Position numbers and translations under genes: made by a program | The notes under the pieces: model-generated | Databases searched by the model: none | The model's input: the letters and a program-made list of their open reading frames with translations, nothing else | What the model was told of the DNA's origin: nothing | Source: Wickerhamiella versatilis | Taxonomy: Eukaryota | Direction: 5' to 3' | DNA length: 64,000 nucleotides | Assembly: GCA_030867685.1 (NCBI GenBank) | Contig: JAQOWU010000001.1 | Span: 186,001-250,000, forward strand | Shown: piece by piece, positions 53,544 through 64,000 of the stretch | Layout: the number at the start of each line of letters is the position of its first letter | How positions within the stretch are numbered: position 1 is the first letter of the stretch

Positions 53544-56500
53544 TTAAAAGTCTGCTTCAGTTATTTTGGCCTCCTCGCAAATGGATTTGAAGTAAGATCC
53601 ATCTGTATTAAATAGATCATGTGGTGGACCGATTTCCGCAGCTTGCCCTGCCTCCATCACCAGTATTCTGTCGTAATGAAGAATAGTTTCAAGACGATGA
53701 GCTATGCACAGGACCGTGCATGCCTTAAATTCACGAGCTATGGTCTCTTGGATCATCATATCAGTCTCGAGATCAACCGATGCCGTTGCTTCATCTAGCA
53801 CGAGAATCCGTGATTGTCTAACGAGGGCTCTGGCCAGCGTAAGAAGCTGGCGTTCCCCAAGACTGAAATTGGACCCCTCAGAATCAACCTTCGTGTCTAA
53901 GTGGAACTTATGGAATGAAAAAGCCGCTCCTGAATCATCCATCTCATCTTTGCGGACAACACCAGAGCGTCTCAATGCATCCCATAGCTCTGCATCAGTG
54001 TGACCATTGAACGGATCAAGGTTCGACCTGATAGTACCTTGAAACAATACTGGTTCTTGGGGAATGATAGAGATTTTAGCACGAAGATCTCCTAATCCCA
54101 AGGTCGCGATGTCTATTCCGTCGATCTCAATATTTCCGCTACTCAGCTCTGTTATGCGGAATAAAGCGGTTACGATGGTAGATTTACCTGCTCCTGTGCG
54201 CCCGCATATTCCAATCCTCTCTCCACCTTCAATACTCAGGTTAAGATCTTTGAGAACAAGAGGGAGGCCTGGACGGTATCGAAGTGAAGCATGTTTAAGA
54301 ATTATAGAACCAGAATATGGCCAGTTTGCCGGTGGTGCAGCTTCTGGGATAGAATAATCAGCTTCTTGTGGCAAGTTAAACGCAAGCTCATGCAGTCGCT
54401 CTACTGAATTGAACTGGTTTTCCAACTCTGTCAGCATAGGCAAGAGGAGAACAATAGAGATACTTACCGATGGCAAGAGACTTAGCAGCAGTCCGACCTT
54501 CGACGCGTCAAGGTCAAAAACTTGAAATACGGAAAGAAATATAGCCAGCCAATTTACAAACAATGCAGTAGCAACGACTCTTAGCGATAACCAATACTGA
54601 GATGCTAAGTTCACCTGAAATGAAATATTCATGTCGTCAATACGGTCATTGAGCCTGTTACGAAAATGATCTTGCTGGCGATACCCCAATATCACCATCA
54701 AGCCACCAATAGTTTCAGTCAATACTGTGAACATATTCGAGCGAAACAAAGAATTAATCCGCTTGAGCTCACGTGCCGATGCTCGGTAAAAGTTTAGCAT
54801 GACGAAGGCTGACACCACAATAGGAATCAAAAGAAGGGCCGTATAAGGCACATATACGAAAATTGTGATCAACGAGGTAGCCAGCATTGCACTACTGAAT
54901 AGCACCATACGAAGTATCATGAATAGAGCTGTATCGAGACTTGCCACATCATCTGTAAATCTATTGATAATTCTTCCCAAAGGCGTAGAGTCAAAATAAG
55001 ACATTGGCGCACGATAGATATTGGCCACTGCAGAATTGTGGAGATGTGAAGAGCTATTAAAACAGAACACACCAACAGAGACTGCCATTGTGATGAAAAA
55101 TATAGCACGTAGAGATATTATTAGGCAGTAAAAACCAATGTACCAACCACTTTTCTCGTCATAACGGTTTCCAGTCCAAAATTGAAGCCAAATGCTTTGC
55201 ATTGCTTGGCCCACCGCAACACAACATACCACTAGGATAATGATGGGCACGAATGCGAGTCCAATTACAGAACCGCTTCGAAGATAATTCAGAAGAATAT
55301 CACCTGTGATAGCTCCTCGAGCACGTTGCTCGTCCTGCATCAACTTACCCTTTCCTTGTGGTTGTCTAGACAGTTGTGGTTTCACATCGTTGGTATGCAA
55401 TACTTTCAATGGAACAAATTCCTCATCAGCATCTTCTCCACTATCATTCTCGCGGGAAACATCCTCTCCATCACTCTCATCTTTATTCTTGGATAGCTTA
55501 GAGAACAGTTCATTGAAAGTGGCATTTTGCTGGAGCTCAGAGAGCGTTCCAATAATAACCTCACCACCGCCTGGCATATATACAATACGGTCAGCATATG
55601 GTAGCAAGCTCAGATTATGGGTAGTCATGATACGTGTTTTCTCTCCAAGTAATCCTTGTATGCATAGCGAAAATAAATGAGCTGAGACCTTGGCATCTAC
55701 AGCACTGAGAACATCATCCAGAAGGACCACATCACCCAAATTGTAAACACATCTTGCTAATGCTATTCTAGCTTTTTGTCCCCCGCTTAGCGTGATTCCA
55801 CGCTCTCCCACCTCGGTAAAATCTCGTTCACTGAAATTTTCAAAATCAGGTTCTAGACAGCATGCATGTACGACCTTAGCATACCAAACAGGATCATAAT
55901 CGGAGCCAAACAAGATATTGTTTCGCACAGTATCATTTTGACTCCACGTTGACATGACGCTCGAGATTGTACCACGGATTCCAACACTTCCTTCATATTT
56001 GCAGACGCTTCCAAGAATTGCATTTAGGAAGGTGGTTTTTCCGGATCCGATGGGACCAACGATCATTATGAGCTCACCTTTTCTTGTACTGAAGTTAATA
56101 TTTTGTAACCCAGGGAACCCTTTGGCGCCAGACCGAACCATTTTCTCATTGCTGTCTTCTGTAGCAACTAAGTCCTGGTCAGGAATACCTGGCATGGTAG
56201 CTACTTCTTCGACGATTTTTTCATGTCGCAGTCGCAGCCAACGCTTCCACTTGGCACGGCCTTTTTCCTGTTTGGTAGGAAGGGGAACATTCCATTTAAA
56301 TGTGCCATTGGAGATAGCAATACTTACTTGACTATCTTCTGGCAAAGAGTAGACGTAGTTAGGTTCTTCAGAGGCGCGAAATAAATCATTCAAACGCCGA
56401 ACAGAGATCCAAGCATCTGAGTGAGAGGTAAGTGCTGTACTGAACATCATGGATAGTGGCACAAATAATTGAAACAGAGTAAGGGATGGGAAGGCCAAGT

Positions 56501-57713
56501 CTGGGGATAAATTATTACCAAGGATGATACGGACAGCAAAACTCAAAACCCCTGCAAAGGTAGGAAATGACGATAGACTGGCATCGGTAAATCCTTCAAT
56601 CACCGAGAGAACCTTAAGAAATCCTGTTTCCTGGAATCGCTCTTTTGAGATTAGATCTACAAAAGATTTTTCCCAACCATAAAACTTGATCACACGCATA
56701 TTTTCAACAGTCTCACGCACAGCCGCAATTCGTTTGTCGGCATAAGGCAATGACTTACGACGTAGCTTCGTAATGAAGCGGCTAATAAATACGTTGAGGA
56801 AGATTCCCAGGAGAACTAGTCCGCACCCAGGCAATGCAGCTACTCCTAGATTATGGATCAGTACACCCAAAAAACCACCAAAAGCAGGTATGAAGACCAA
56901 AAGGGTGGCAGTCCACCTTGCAGCCATAAATATACGATTTGTATCAGTTGTAATTAAGGACGTTATTTGTGAACCTGGGAATTGCTGGCGACCCGCAGGG
57001 CTTAACTTCAAAACTTTGTCGTAAACAGCACTAATTAGAATTGTACGACATAACTCGGCGAAATAGCGCGTCTTATATCCATTCCAGACAAAAAGCCATT
57101 GAAAGGCACCTGACACGGCAGTATATCCAAATGTAAACCCTATGGCCCTTCCCCTCTCACCAGTATTACCCAGGTATACTTTATCGACAGACGAAATTAA
57201 AGATCGAGAAATTAGCGCCATTCCAACGTCACCTCCTATATATACACAGCTTGTGATGATGGTATCTAGGAAAATCCATCGCAAAGCAAAGAGCATAGCG
57301 AAAAATTCCTGATACGGTATACCACCTCTTGACTTATACTTTTCAAGCTGCCGTCGGTAATCCTCCATTCGGTATTTATTTTTTTCCTGCTCGGGTATCG
57401 TCCAAGCATCTTGTATCTCCAATATTCTGTCAAATCCTTTTCGGAGTAACGGGCTAATCCAACCCCATGTAAGTCTATTAAGGTAATTGCTCGAGTACTT
57501 AGGACATACTTCGCGCGCTTCAGGAAGCGGCTTGACTTTTGACCCTAGAAGTTTCACCAGGAATTTTGAATGTTGGCGAGGTGTGACTTCTGTGCCGTCC
57601 ACAATAATTGTTGACATCTCGCGGCCAACTTTTCGAACCTCAACATCATTTGTATTAGATAGATGATCACTTTCTATACTAGAATCCACTTCATTCTGAA
57701 TGGTCTTCTTCAT
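53544..57713 (-). CDS. ABCC/MRP-type ABC transporter, Yor1-like
   Basis: TMD-NBD-TMD-NBD; GPIGSGKT, LSGGQKAR, GRTGAGKS, FSLGERQLL; no TMD0. Confidence 0.92.
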   Translation of the reverse strand: MKKTIQNEVDSSIESDHLSNTNDVEVRKVGREMSTIIVDGTEVTPRQHSKFLVKLLGSKVKPLPEAREVCPKYSSNYLNRLTWGWISPLLRKGFDRILEIQDAWTIPEQEKNKYRMEDYRRQLEKYKSRGGIPYQEFFAMLFALRWIFLDTIITSCVYIGGDVGMALISRSLISSVDKVYLGNTGERGRAIGFTFGYTAVSGAFQWLFVWNGYKTRYFAELCRTILISAVYDKVLKLSPAGRQQFPGSQITSLITTDTNRIFMAARWTATLLVFIPAFGGFLGVLIHNLGVAALPGCGLVLLGIFLNVFISRFITKLRRKSLPYADKRIAAVRETVENMRVIKFYGWEKSFVDLISKERFQETGFLKVLSVIEGFTDASLSSFPTFAGVLSFAVRIILGNNLSPDLAFPSLTLFQLFVPLSMMFSTALTSHSDAWISVRRLNDLFRASEEPNYVYSLPEDSQVSIAISNGTFKWNVPLPTKQEKGRAKWKRWLRLRHEKIVEEVATMPGIPDQDLVATEDSNEKMVRSGAKGFPGLQNINFSTRKGELIMIVGPIGSGKTTFLNAILGSVCKYEGSVGIRGTISSVMSTWSQNDTVRNNILFGSDYDPVWYAKVVHACCLEPDFENFSERDFTEVGERGITLSGGQKARIALARCVYNLGDVVLLDDVLSAVDAKVSAHLFSLCIQGLLGEKTRIMTTHNLSLLPYADRIVYMPGGGEVIIGTLSELQQNATFNELFSKLSKNKDESDGEDVSRENDSGEDADEEFVPLKVLHTNDVKPQLSRQPQGKGKLMQDEQRARGAITGDILLNYLRSGSVIGLAFVPIIILVVCCVAVGQAMQSIWLQFWTGNRYDEKSGWYIGFYCLIISLRAIFFITMAVSVGVFCFNSSSHLHNSAVANIYRAPMSYFDSTPLGRIINRFTDDVASLDTALFMILRMVLFSSAMLATSLITIFVYVPYTALLLIPIVVSAFVMLNFYRASARELKRINSLFRSNMFTVLTETIGGLMVILGYRQQDHFRNRLNDRIDDMNISFQVNLASQYWLSLRVVATALFVNWLAIFLSVFQVFDLDASKVGLLLSLLPSVSISIVLLLPMLTELENQFNSVERLHELAFNLPQEADYSIPEAAPPANWPYSGSIILKHASLRYRPGLPLVLKDLNLSIEGGERIGICGRTGAGKSTIVTALFRITELSSGNIEIDGIDIATLGLGDLRAKISIIPQEPVLFQGTIRSNLDPFNGHTDAELWDALRRSGVVRKDEMDDSGAAFSFHKFHLDTKVDSEGSNFSLGERQLLTLARALVRQSRILVLDEATASVDLETDMMIQETIAREFKACTVLCIAHRLETILHYDRILVMEAGQAAEIGPPHDLFNTDGSYFKSICEEAKITEADF

Positions 57714-58200
57714 GGCAGGCCTTTTCTCGCCTCCTATAGAAATCCAGTCGACCTCTATTACTTATCGCTTACCCCAACCCTTCGTTTATATTAATATTTC
57801 ATAAGCGGTGAGCTGTTGGGCTCGCCGGAGGGATAATTGGCGGACTAACACCAAGCTGATATAATATGAGCCTCGCCCACGGCGCTGCATGAATTTTTCG
57901 CAAGAAAGGAATAAGTTCATGTACAAAAATAATATTCCTTATTTCTACGGAAAATCTCTCTCTTGGGCCTTGAGACAAGGGAAAGGGTTAAGACTTGAAA
58001 GAGCGATAAGAAGTGAGCTAATAACAGTTTATTTTATTGGGCCGTTGTTCACGTCTCTCTGAAGTGATTTATTGTACTCAAATTGCTGAGTGAGTGTTAG
58101 AAGACCGTGCATCTGAGTAAGCAAGTCACTCTAGGCCGGTAGCGGCAAGAAAGAGAGGTGTGGGGCTGCATTCCATAGTTGCTACTTTTGCGTTAACGCA

Positions 58201-59031
58201 ATGGCAAGTTATGGTGAATCCAGTCAAAAGCGTCTGTGGACACTAACCCGGAAGGATCTCCAGGAAAGACGAGAGAGACTCATCCACATCGACTCTCAAG
58301 ATCACAATACACGAACAATAAATGCATGGGAGGAGCCGGCAAGAATATGCCTATTTGAGCTCACAAATGAGCTTGGATTCAGGCTTCAAGCTCGACAACG
58401 TGTTATTGCCACAGCACATACCTATCAAATGAGATTACTTACGAAAGTTACCTTACATGAAATGAATGCATACCTGATAGTTGCAACATCACTTTATGTT
58501 GCGGCTAAGGTCGAGGAACAGCCACAGCATGTACGTACAGTGTGTAATGAAGCCCGGGGTTTGTGGCCGGACCGCATGCTGTATGAGCCTACCCAAATCG
58601 CTGAGTGCGAGTTTTATTTGATCGACGAACTATCAAGTTGTTTGATTATATACCATCCTTATTTTGCACTGGATCCCATTAGACGGGCGATGTCACAGTA
58701 TATTGCACTTTCAGCTGAGGAGGTTCAGGGAACTTGGGAGGTTTTGAACGATTCTTACGCGTGCGACGTGATGCTCTTATATAGACCATCCGTGATCGTT
58801 CTGGCGGCTATATACTTCACTCTTCTTCTAAGACCACACTTATGCACTACGTCTACTGATCCTCAGAAAAGAAAGAAACGTGTTGAGAGCCTAGCCCAAT
58901 TTCTAGGCCAATGCGACTGCAATCTGGACGAACTTGCAAATTGTGTGCAGGAGATCCTTAGTTTATATGCTCGCTGGGAGAAGCACAACCAAAAGAGAGC
59001 ACTTAATGAGCTTAACAAGGCTTTAGTTTGA
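58201..59031 (+). CDS. SSN8: Cyclin C (Mediator CDK8 module)
   Basis: MASYGESSQ..W, RQRVIATA, AAKVEEQPQH, AECEFYLI, YHPY, NDSY. Confidence 0.92.
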   Translation: MASYGESSQKRLWTLTRKDLQERRERLIHIDSQDHNTRTINAWEEPARICLFELTNELGFRLQARQRVIATAHTYQMRLLTKVTLHEMNAYLIVATSLYVAAKVEEQPQHVRTVCNEARGLWPDRMLYEPTQIAECEFYLIDELSSCLIIYHPYFALDPIRRAMSQYIALSAEEVQGTWEVLNDSYACDVMLLYRPSVIVLAAIYFTLLLRPHLCTTSTDPQKRKKRVESLAQFLGQCDCNLDELANCVQEILSLYARWEKHNQKRALNELNKALV

Positions 59032-59133
59032 CGAATTAATTTATTACGCTAGTGTAGATAAGACAATGTAAAGCCGTCTTCAGCTGCGAATGGTTAAGAT
59101 GCTCTACTATAGCACAAAGTAAGACAGGTCGAT

Positions 59134-59322
59134 CTAAGAGAAGATCTTTTTGAACTTGTCCTTCAAGCTCCTCTTGGGCTCAGCGGGTGGTTTCTGCTGT
59201 CGCTCAGAGGGTTGATGGTGCACATGAGCATCCCTCGGATGTTTCGCGGACTGCTGGGGGGAGAGCAGGGAGGTTTTAGACTTGTTAGGCGACAAAACGG
59301 GATAAGCGTTGAACTCAGACAT
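59134..59322 (-). CDS. Putative 62-aa small protein
   Basis: ATG at 59322, hydrophilic body, amphipathic end SLKDKFKKIFS; occupies an otherwise empty gap. Confidence 0.4.
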   Translation of the reverse strand: MSEFNAYPVLSPNKSKTSLLSPQQSAKHPRDAHVHHQPSERQQKPPAEPKRSLKDKFKKIFS

Positions 59323-59621
59323 GAGAAGTTGCGGTTTGCGATAACAAAGAAAACTGACTAACCTATATCGTGAGCTTACGGTATCAGATCTTCTCTGTGT
59401 TTGTAAAACAAACAATCCTAGCAACGCAAGATAACCAGATAGATAGCTCGCCGTTGAAAGTTACGGTATTTATTGACAAATCCATGAATCTATTACCTAT
59501 TCTATAAAGTATCGGTGAAAAATAAAAATTAGCATGGGTTCACGGATCCGCTAGCTTTGGCAATGTATGTAGTTTTGCTTCATCGGTAAATACTGAAATG
59601 TCCAAAAAGACTTTTGGCTGG

Positions 59622-60719
59622 CTAGCCAAGAAGGGCATCATGAGGCCGACGCTCCCCAGAAACTCTTCTCCGTGCGACTTCCTCTAGAGGAAGTCCAAAA
59701 TCTTCATCGAAGGAACTCATGCGGGAATGCACACGCGAATTCCGACTCTGGGTCATGCTACGACGTGTTTGGATTCCGCCCACTGCATTATCGATAGGCA
59801 TGGTGCTGAACGTTTTACCTGGAAATAGAAAGCGCGGATCTTCGGCACGGGAAACGTTAAGAATGTATACACCGATAAAAATGACACCAAAACCAAGCAC
59901 TAATGATACACTGGCAACAACATCGCTGGTATTGAATCCACCAAACAGTATAAAACTTGCCAGAAGAGTACATGTCGTAAATGTGACATAGTAGAGAGGG
60001 TTTACAATCGAGGTATCGAACTGATCAAGTGCTCTGTTAAAGTAGTTCATTTGAGTTAGTATACAAATGACCACGACCACAATGAACACGTACGTGCTGG
60101 GGTGCGTGAATTGGTTAGAGCCACCAAAAGTAAGCTTCAGCGCAATACCAAATGCTTTGATGCTCATGACACTGATACTACCGACTGCCGAACAGATAGA
60201 TATGTAAACCATGGGATGCCGTTTCCCATACTTTGGTGCCACGCCATAGATCATCCAAACGCTAAAGATCAATACCAAAACCACGTATACCAGGAAGGGC
60301 CAACGCACTGCATATGCTAATATTTCGTCAACAGTCTGCACATCCTTATCCGGTGGGGCATGAAGAATGATAACAACGGAACCAGTCAAGCACAGCGCAC
60401 ATCCCAATTTTCCAAGTAGACCTAACTCCTCCTTAAGAAATACAGACGCCAAAACAGCCCCAATTATTACCGAGAGCGCACCTAGTGGCGTCACCAAAAT
60501 CGCTGGCGCGAATGTATAAGCTGCAAAATTGGCAATTTCACCAAGAGCCATCGTGGCAATTCCTGCCCACCAGAGTGGCCGTTTCAGGTACTCATAGTTA
60601 TCCGAGGATTGGTCTCCTGCATTCTGAAGGCCTTTCTTCGTGATGATGAAACTTGTTCCTATTGCCAAAGAGCTGGATATAGCCAGTCCAAGCCCAATAT
60701 ATTTATCTGCCAGGGCCAT
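59622..60719 (-). CDS. NIPA-family magnesium transporter
   Basis: DKYIGLGLAISSS, GEIANFAAYTFAPAILVTPLGALSV, QMNYFNRAL; start placed at the ATG of MALADK. Confidence 0.92.
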   Translation of the reverse strand: MALADKYIGLGLAISSSLAIGTSFIITKKGLQNAGDQSSDNYEYLKRPLWWAGIATMALGEIANFAAYTFAPAILVTPLGALSVIIGAVLASVFLKEELGLLGKLGCALCLTGSVVIILHAPPDKDVQTVDEILAYAVRWPFLVYVVLVLIFSVWMIYGVAPKYGKRHPMVYISICSAVGSISVMSIKAFGIALKLTFGGSNQFTHPSTYVFIVVVVICILTQMNYFNRALDQFDTSIVNPLYYVTFTTCTLLASFILFGGFNTSDVVASVSLVLGFGVIFIGVYILNVSRAEDPRFLFPGKTFSTMPIDNAVGGIQTRRSMTQSRNSRVHSRMSSFDEDFGLPLEEVARRRVSGERRPHDALLG

Positions 60720-60934
60720 CGGATGACCTAAACTAGGTGACACAGAGGCAAAATAAGGTGGTATGTGGCCCACAGGGGGAATCTAATCCAAGCAGTTCGG
60801 CATTAATCTATATAGAGTCTATTCCAGTACTTTTAAAATTATGCATACAACGTTTTGCCAGGGAGAATGATTTTGTTGTCCCCCGTCACCTAAAAAAGCT
60901 GCTGAGTAACCCTCATCTCTTGTCGTGAAGGAGG

Positions 60935-61795
60935 ATGTCAAGCTCCGTCGAACGTGAGTTCACGCGAGGCTTGCTTAATGAGGGAGTGCGTATGGATGGA
61001 AGAGATTTTGAGACTTTAAGGCCTGTTGACTTAGAGTTCGGCTCGGGTTATGGCAGCGCAGAGGTGCGGCTTGGAAATACCCACCTGGCGGTTCAGGTTT
61101 CTGCCAGTGTCATTCCTCCCAGGCAAAATCGGCCATTTGAGGGCGTATTTCACATCACCACCGACGTTAGCTCAATGGCTTCGCCAAAATTCCAAAATAA
61201 TCGTCCAGGACCTGAGGAAGTTACCGTCAGCCGACTAATCGAAAAAAGCATTAGACGATCTGCGGCCCTTGATCTTGAAAGTCTTTGCATAGTAGCTGGG
61301 AAGAAGTGCTGGTGTATACGGGCGGACGTGCATTATCTGGACTATGACGGCGGACTGGTGGATGCAACTTGCATAGGAGTGATTGCTGCCTTACAACATT
61401 TCAGACGACCAGATACCTCGATTGATGGCGATGAGGTTATTATACACTCAATAGATGACCGTCCACCCGTGCCTCTGTCTATACTTCATGTCCCAATCTG
61501 TGTTACATGGTCATTTCTCCCTGACGATATTTCCCTGGTGGACGCCACTGCTCAGGAGCAGGAACTGAGAATAGGTGAGATGACAATAACCATCAATAAG
61601 GACAACCAATTGTGCCAAGTCACAAAAGTGGGGCCCCCTCCGCTCTCCCCAACCACCTTACATGAGTATTGTAACCGAGCCCATGAGATAGCAAAATCAT
61701 TGACGTCGAAGATCCAGGCAAAGTTGAAAGATGACTTTGCAACCCGTAATCGTGGTAATCTTGGTATGCTAATAGCAGACAATCCCCGTGAGTGA
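60935..61795 (+). CDS. RRP45: Exosome core subunit Rrp45
   Basis: RMDGR, RPFEG, LDLESLCIVAGKKCW, HFRRPD, HVPICVT. Confidence 0.93.
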   Translation: MSSSVEREFTRGLLNEGVRMDGRDFETLRPVDLEFGSGYGSAEVRLGNTHLAVQVSASVIPPRQNRPFEGVFHITTDVSSMASPKFQNNRPGPEEVTVSRLIEKSIRRSAALDLESLCIVAGKKCWCIRADVHYLDYDGGLVDATCIGVIAALQHFRRPDTSIDGDEVIIHSIDDRPPVPLSILHVPICVTWSFLPDDISLVDATAQEQELRIGEMTITINKDNQLCQVTKVGPPPLSPTTLHEYCNRAHEIAKSLTSKIQAKLKDDFATRNRGNLGMLIADNPRE

Positions 61796-62064
61796 GTTCA
61801 CGAAGTAAAATTATTTCTATGCCTCGCAAACCTTGCTTACTGCTCTGAGTATTTGGGAAAGTTGTATATATATATGTATAATATCTATCTGGAAAGCCAA
61901 TAGCGGGTCCAGACTAATTATCTTTACTAGCGTCAAAAAAATTGCCAAATAATGGGCGGTCGTGATCATGGTTAAATGCTTAAATTAAAAGGTAATGCCG
62001 TCCAATTATTCCTACCATTGCAAGTAGTCCATAATATAACGACAAGCCGTCATTCGAAACAGGT

Positions 62065-62262
62065 TTACTTGGGTGACGATGCCGTCAATACCGGGGCCTG
62101 GTCAAGAGGTTGGCCGCCTCCAACCATTGACGATCCTCTTCGTCGACGATTGCCCTGTACAATCTCTAACTCGCGGGTTGCTCTCTCCTCTATTTCTGCC
62201 TGAGTGACTATACCACTCATGTTATGCATCACGGGAGCCATGTTCAAGAAGTGTGGAGCCAT
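62065..62262 (-). CDS. Putative 65-aa small protein with PKA-type RRRRGSS motif
   Basis: ATG-initiated ORF with a TATAAA about 60 bp upstream on the minus strand; no family recognised. Confidence 0.45.
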   Translation of the reverse strand: MAPHFLNMAPVMHNMSGIVTQAEIEERATRELEIVQGNRRRRGSSMVGGGQPLDQAPVLTASSPK

Positions 62263-63118
62263 TATGGAGTTCTGTTGGTTCTGTGGCGAGAAGCAATTCT
62301 GCGGCGAAATCCCTGGCTTTTATAATCCGACTTTCCTCGAAAATCTTGCGGGGGTTGATGACACATCGTGCATTTGCGGCGCATTCGCATCCGAGTTTAC
62401 ATAAACGGAATTAAGGTCGGAGATTGCGTGCGTTGGTGTTTTTCGGGGGATAAAAGCAACATCTCCGAAAACATCAGGAAATGTCTCTTTTAATCGGTCT
62501 TTTATGTGATTAGTTTTAAGAAAATCTTAAATTTGGACTTTTGACAAATTGGGCTAACGACTTCTCGTCGAACAAGCGCGATGTGACTCATTGGAGGTAA
62601 GAACATACGACTGAAAGTTGAGTTCATTGGGGATTCTAAATAAATGGAATTATGAAGAGTTCTAATATTATGCCTGGATAAATATTTGACCAATACTTCT
62701 TGCCAGCAGTTGCTTTGCTCTTTGTCTGGCCTGGTGGTTCCTGAAGCGTTGTCGTACTAGCCGCACCTATGTCGACGCCTGCCGACAAAAACTGAATCAC
62801 ACAAGAAAGAGAAATTTAAGGCATAGACGTATTGTAATCTGCCCCTTGCTGGTTCACAGTGAGCCGTCAGCAAGCCGTCAGCAAGCTAGCAATAAGCCTC
62901 GAATCACAACCGCTAGCCGCGTCGGCAGCGATGCATGGGTAGGGGCTGGGGGTACGGGTAATCGCGGATAATGGTAGATTGGGCGACAATTACACATTGA
63001 TACAGGGAAGGCAAAACTTTTTTGAATGGTTCGACCCATATAAATTTTGAACGTGTTTCTACACAGTCCGCCTGCGGACCTCAATTTTTCTCTCTCATTT
63101 TGGTTTTTGAAGCCCTGT

Positions 63119-63574
63119 TTAAGAAGTAGGGGGATCACCCTTATAGCCCTCGAAAACATTATTCCACTGAGGAAATTCTGAGCCCAAATCTTGGATAAGT
63201 CGCTCCTTGAATTGCTGCATAGCCTTAGTCTTGCCGTTAATGTACTGATTTTGCTTTACCACGACCTCCACGAACTCTCGGGAGTAGACGTCCGGATTTC
63301 GACCATTGTCAATGTAGCTCAGTATATCAAGTGGCACCGTGGTGTCCCCAAGTTGGGATGAGTCGGCCACCACACGTTGTAAGTCGGTATGGAACGCTTT
63401 GACTTTGCTCTCCAGAGCCTGCTTAGTGCTAGGCTCACCAAAGTAGTCATGCACCATGACCCCGATCTCTATGAGTGACTCGACGGTCTTCAGGATGTCA
63501 CCCCTCACCTGATCAATTCCCGAGGAGCCATCTGTTGGAGTGGGCAGCCCGTTTCCGTTATACTCATCCGACAT
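63119..63574 (-). CDS. NUT2: Mediator subunit Med10/Nut2
   Basis: IEIGVMVHDY, VPLDILSYIDNGRNPDVYSREFVE, NQYINGK. Confidence 0.92.
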   Translation of the reverse strand: MSDEYNGNGLPTPTDGSSGIDQVRGDILKTVESLIEIGVMVHDYFGEPSTKQALESKVKAFHTDLQRVVADSSQLGDTTVPLDILSYIDNGRNPDVYSREFVEVVVKQNQYINGKTKAMQQFKERLIQDLGSEFPQWNNVFEGYKGDPPTS

Positions 63575-64000
63575 AGCAGGTAGCCCGGTAACTGCTTTGT
63601 AATCTTACTGCTTATGATTTATGCTGACGGTTGGAGACTGGAAGCACGGAAAGAGGAGAAAGGAAAGCAAACACGTCTTCCATTCCAATATATGTAGAAT
63701 TACCGCCCTATGGAATGATATAGACATTTGACTAGGTGCCAAGGCGATCAGACATGTTATTTTCTTGATTACGTCACATAACCCGCAAGACCAAATTGTA
63801 CAAAGACATTTAATAGCATAATTTTCAGCTGGCAATTATAACGGCATGAAAAAGCAATGAAATACTTGATCATATTAAGTTGTGATCGATAAACTAGTAT
63901 ATCTGAAGGTTTATTTCGATGGCCTGACCAATAGCTGGCGTGGGTGTGATTGATCAAGCCTCGATATCCCTATTACTAATGGGCGAAGTTGGAGAGGGTC

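Noticed and set aside
53544-57713. ABC transporter as marker of a secondary-metabolite or glycolipid cluster
   Set aside because: ABCC type flanked by housekeeping genes; no P450, glycosyltransferase or synthase nearby.
1-64000. tRNA, rRNA, snRNA, CRISPR array or transposon
   Set aside because: No diagnostic signatures seen by eye; tRNAscan-SE and Infernal would be needed to exclude small RNAs.

Overview
Gene-dense, almost intronless eukaryotic DNA, inferred from gene content to be from a compact budding-yeast genome (probably early-branching Saccharomycotina such as Dipodascales; Wickerhamiella/Starmerella is plausible but unproven). About 44 protein-coding genes are supported, mostly housekeeping: ceramide synthase, SHO1, AVT-type transporter, PUS7, BXI1, PRE5, VPS55, RFC4, EMG1, RPC53, CDC55, ATP1, COX13, APM4, GEM1, VPS52, TRP3, CET1, DBP4, CCT8, VPS53, RPT3, RRN11, a YOR1-like ABC transporter, SSN8, RRP45 and MED10. 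I saw no rRNA, tRNA, transposon or CRISPR array. Highlights: (1) at 22.1-24.3 kb an uncharacterised protein and a 113-aa core-only paralog converge around a miniature Mum2/WTAP-like gene; (2) a Wor1/Mit1-type WOPR factor has a consensus Wor1 site in its own long promoter, shared with a GPI-anchored phytase-like gene; (3) a bacterial-looking nitronate monooxygenase is a horizontal-transfer candidate; (4) a Tysnd1/Deg15-like protease ends in SKL; (5) five head-to-head gene pairs have start codons only 19-67 bp apart; (6) PRE5 has a 44-nt intron. All family assignments come from recognising motifs by eye; no database search was run.
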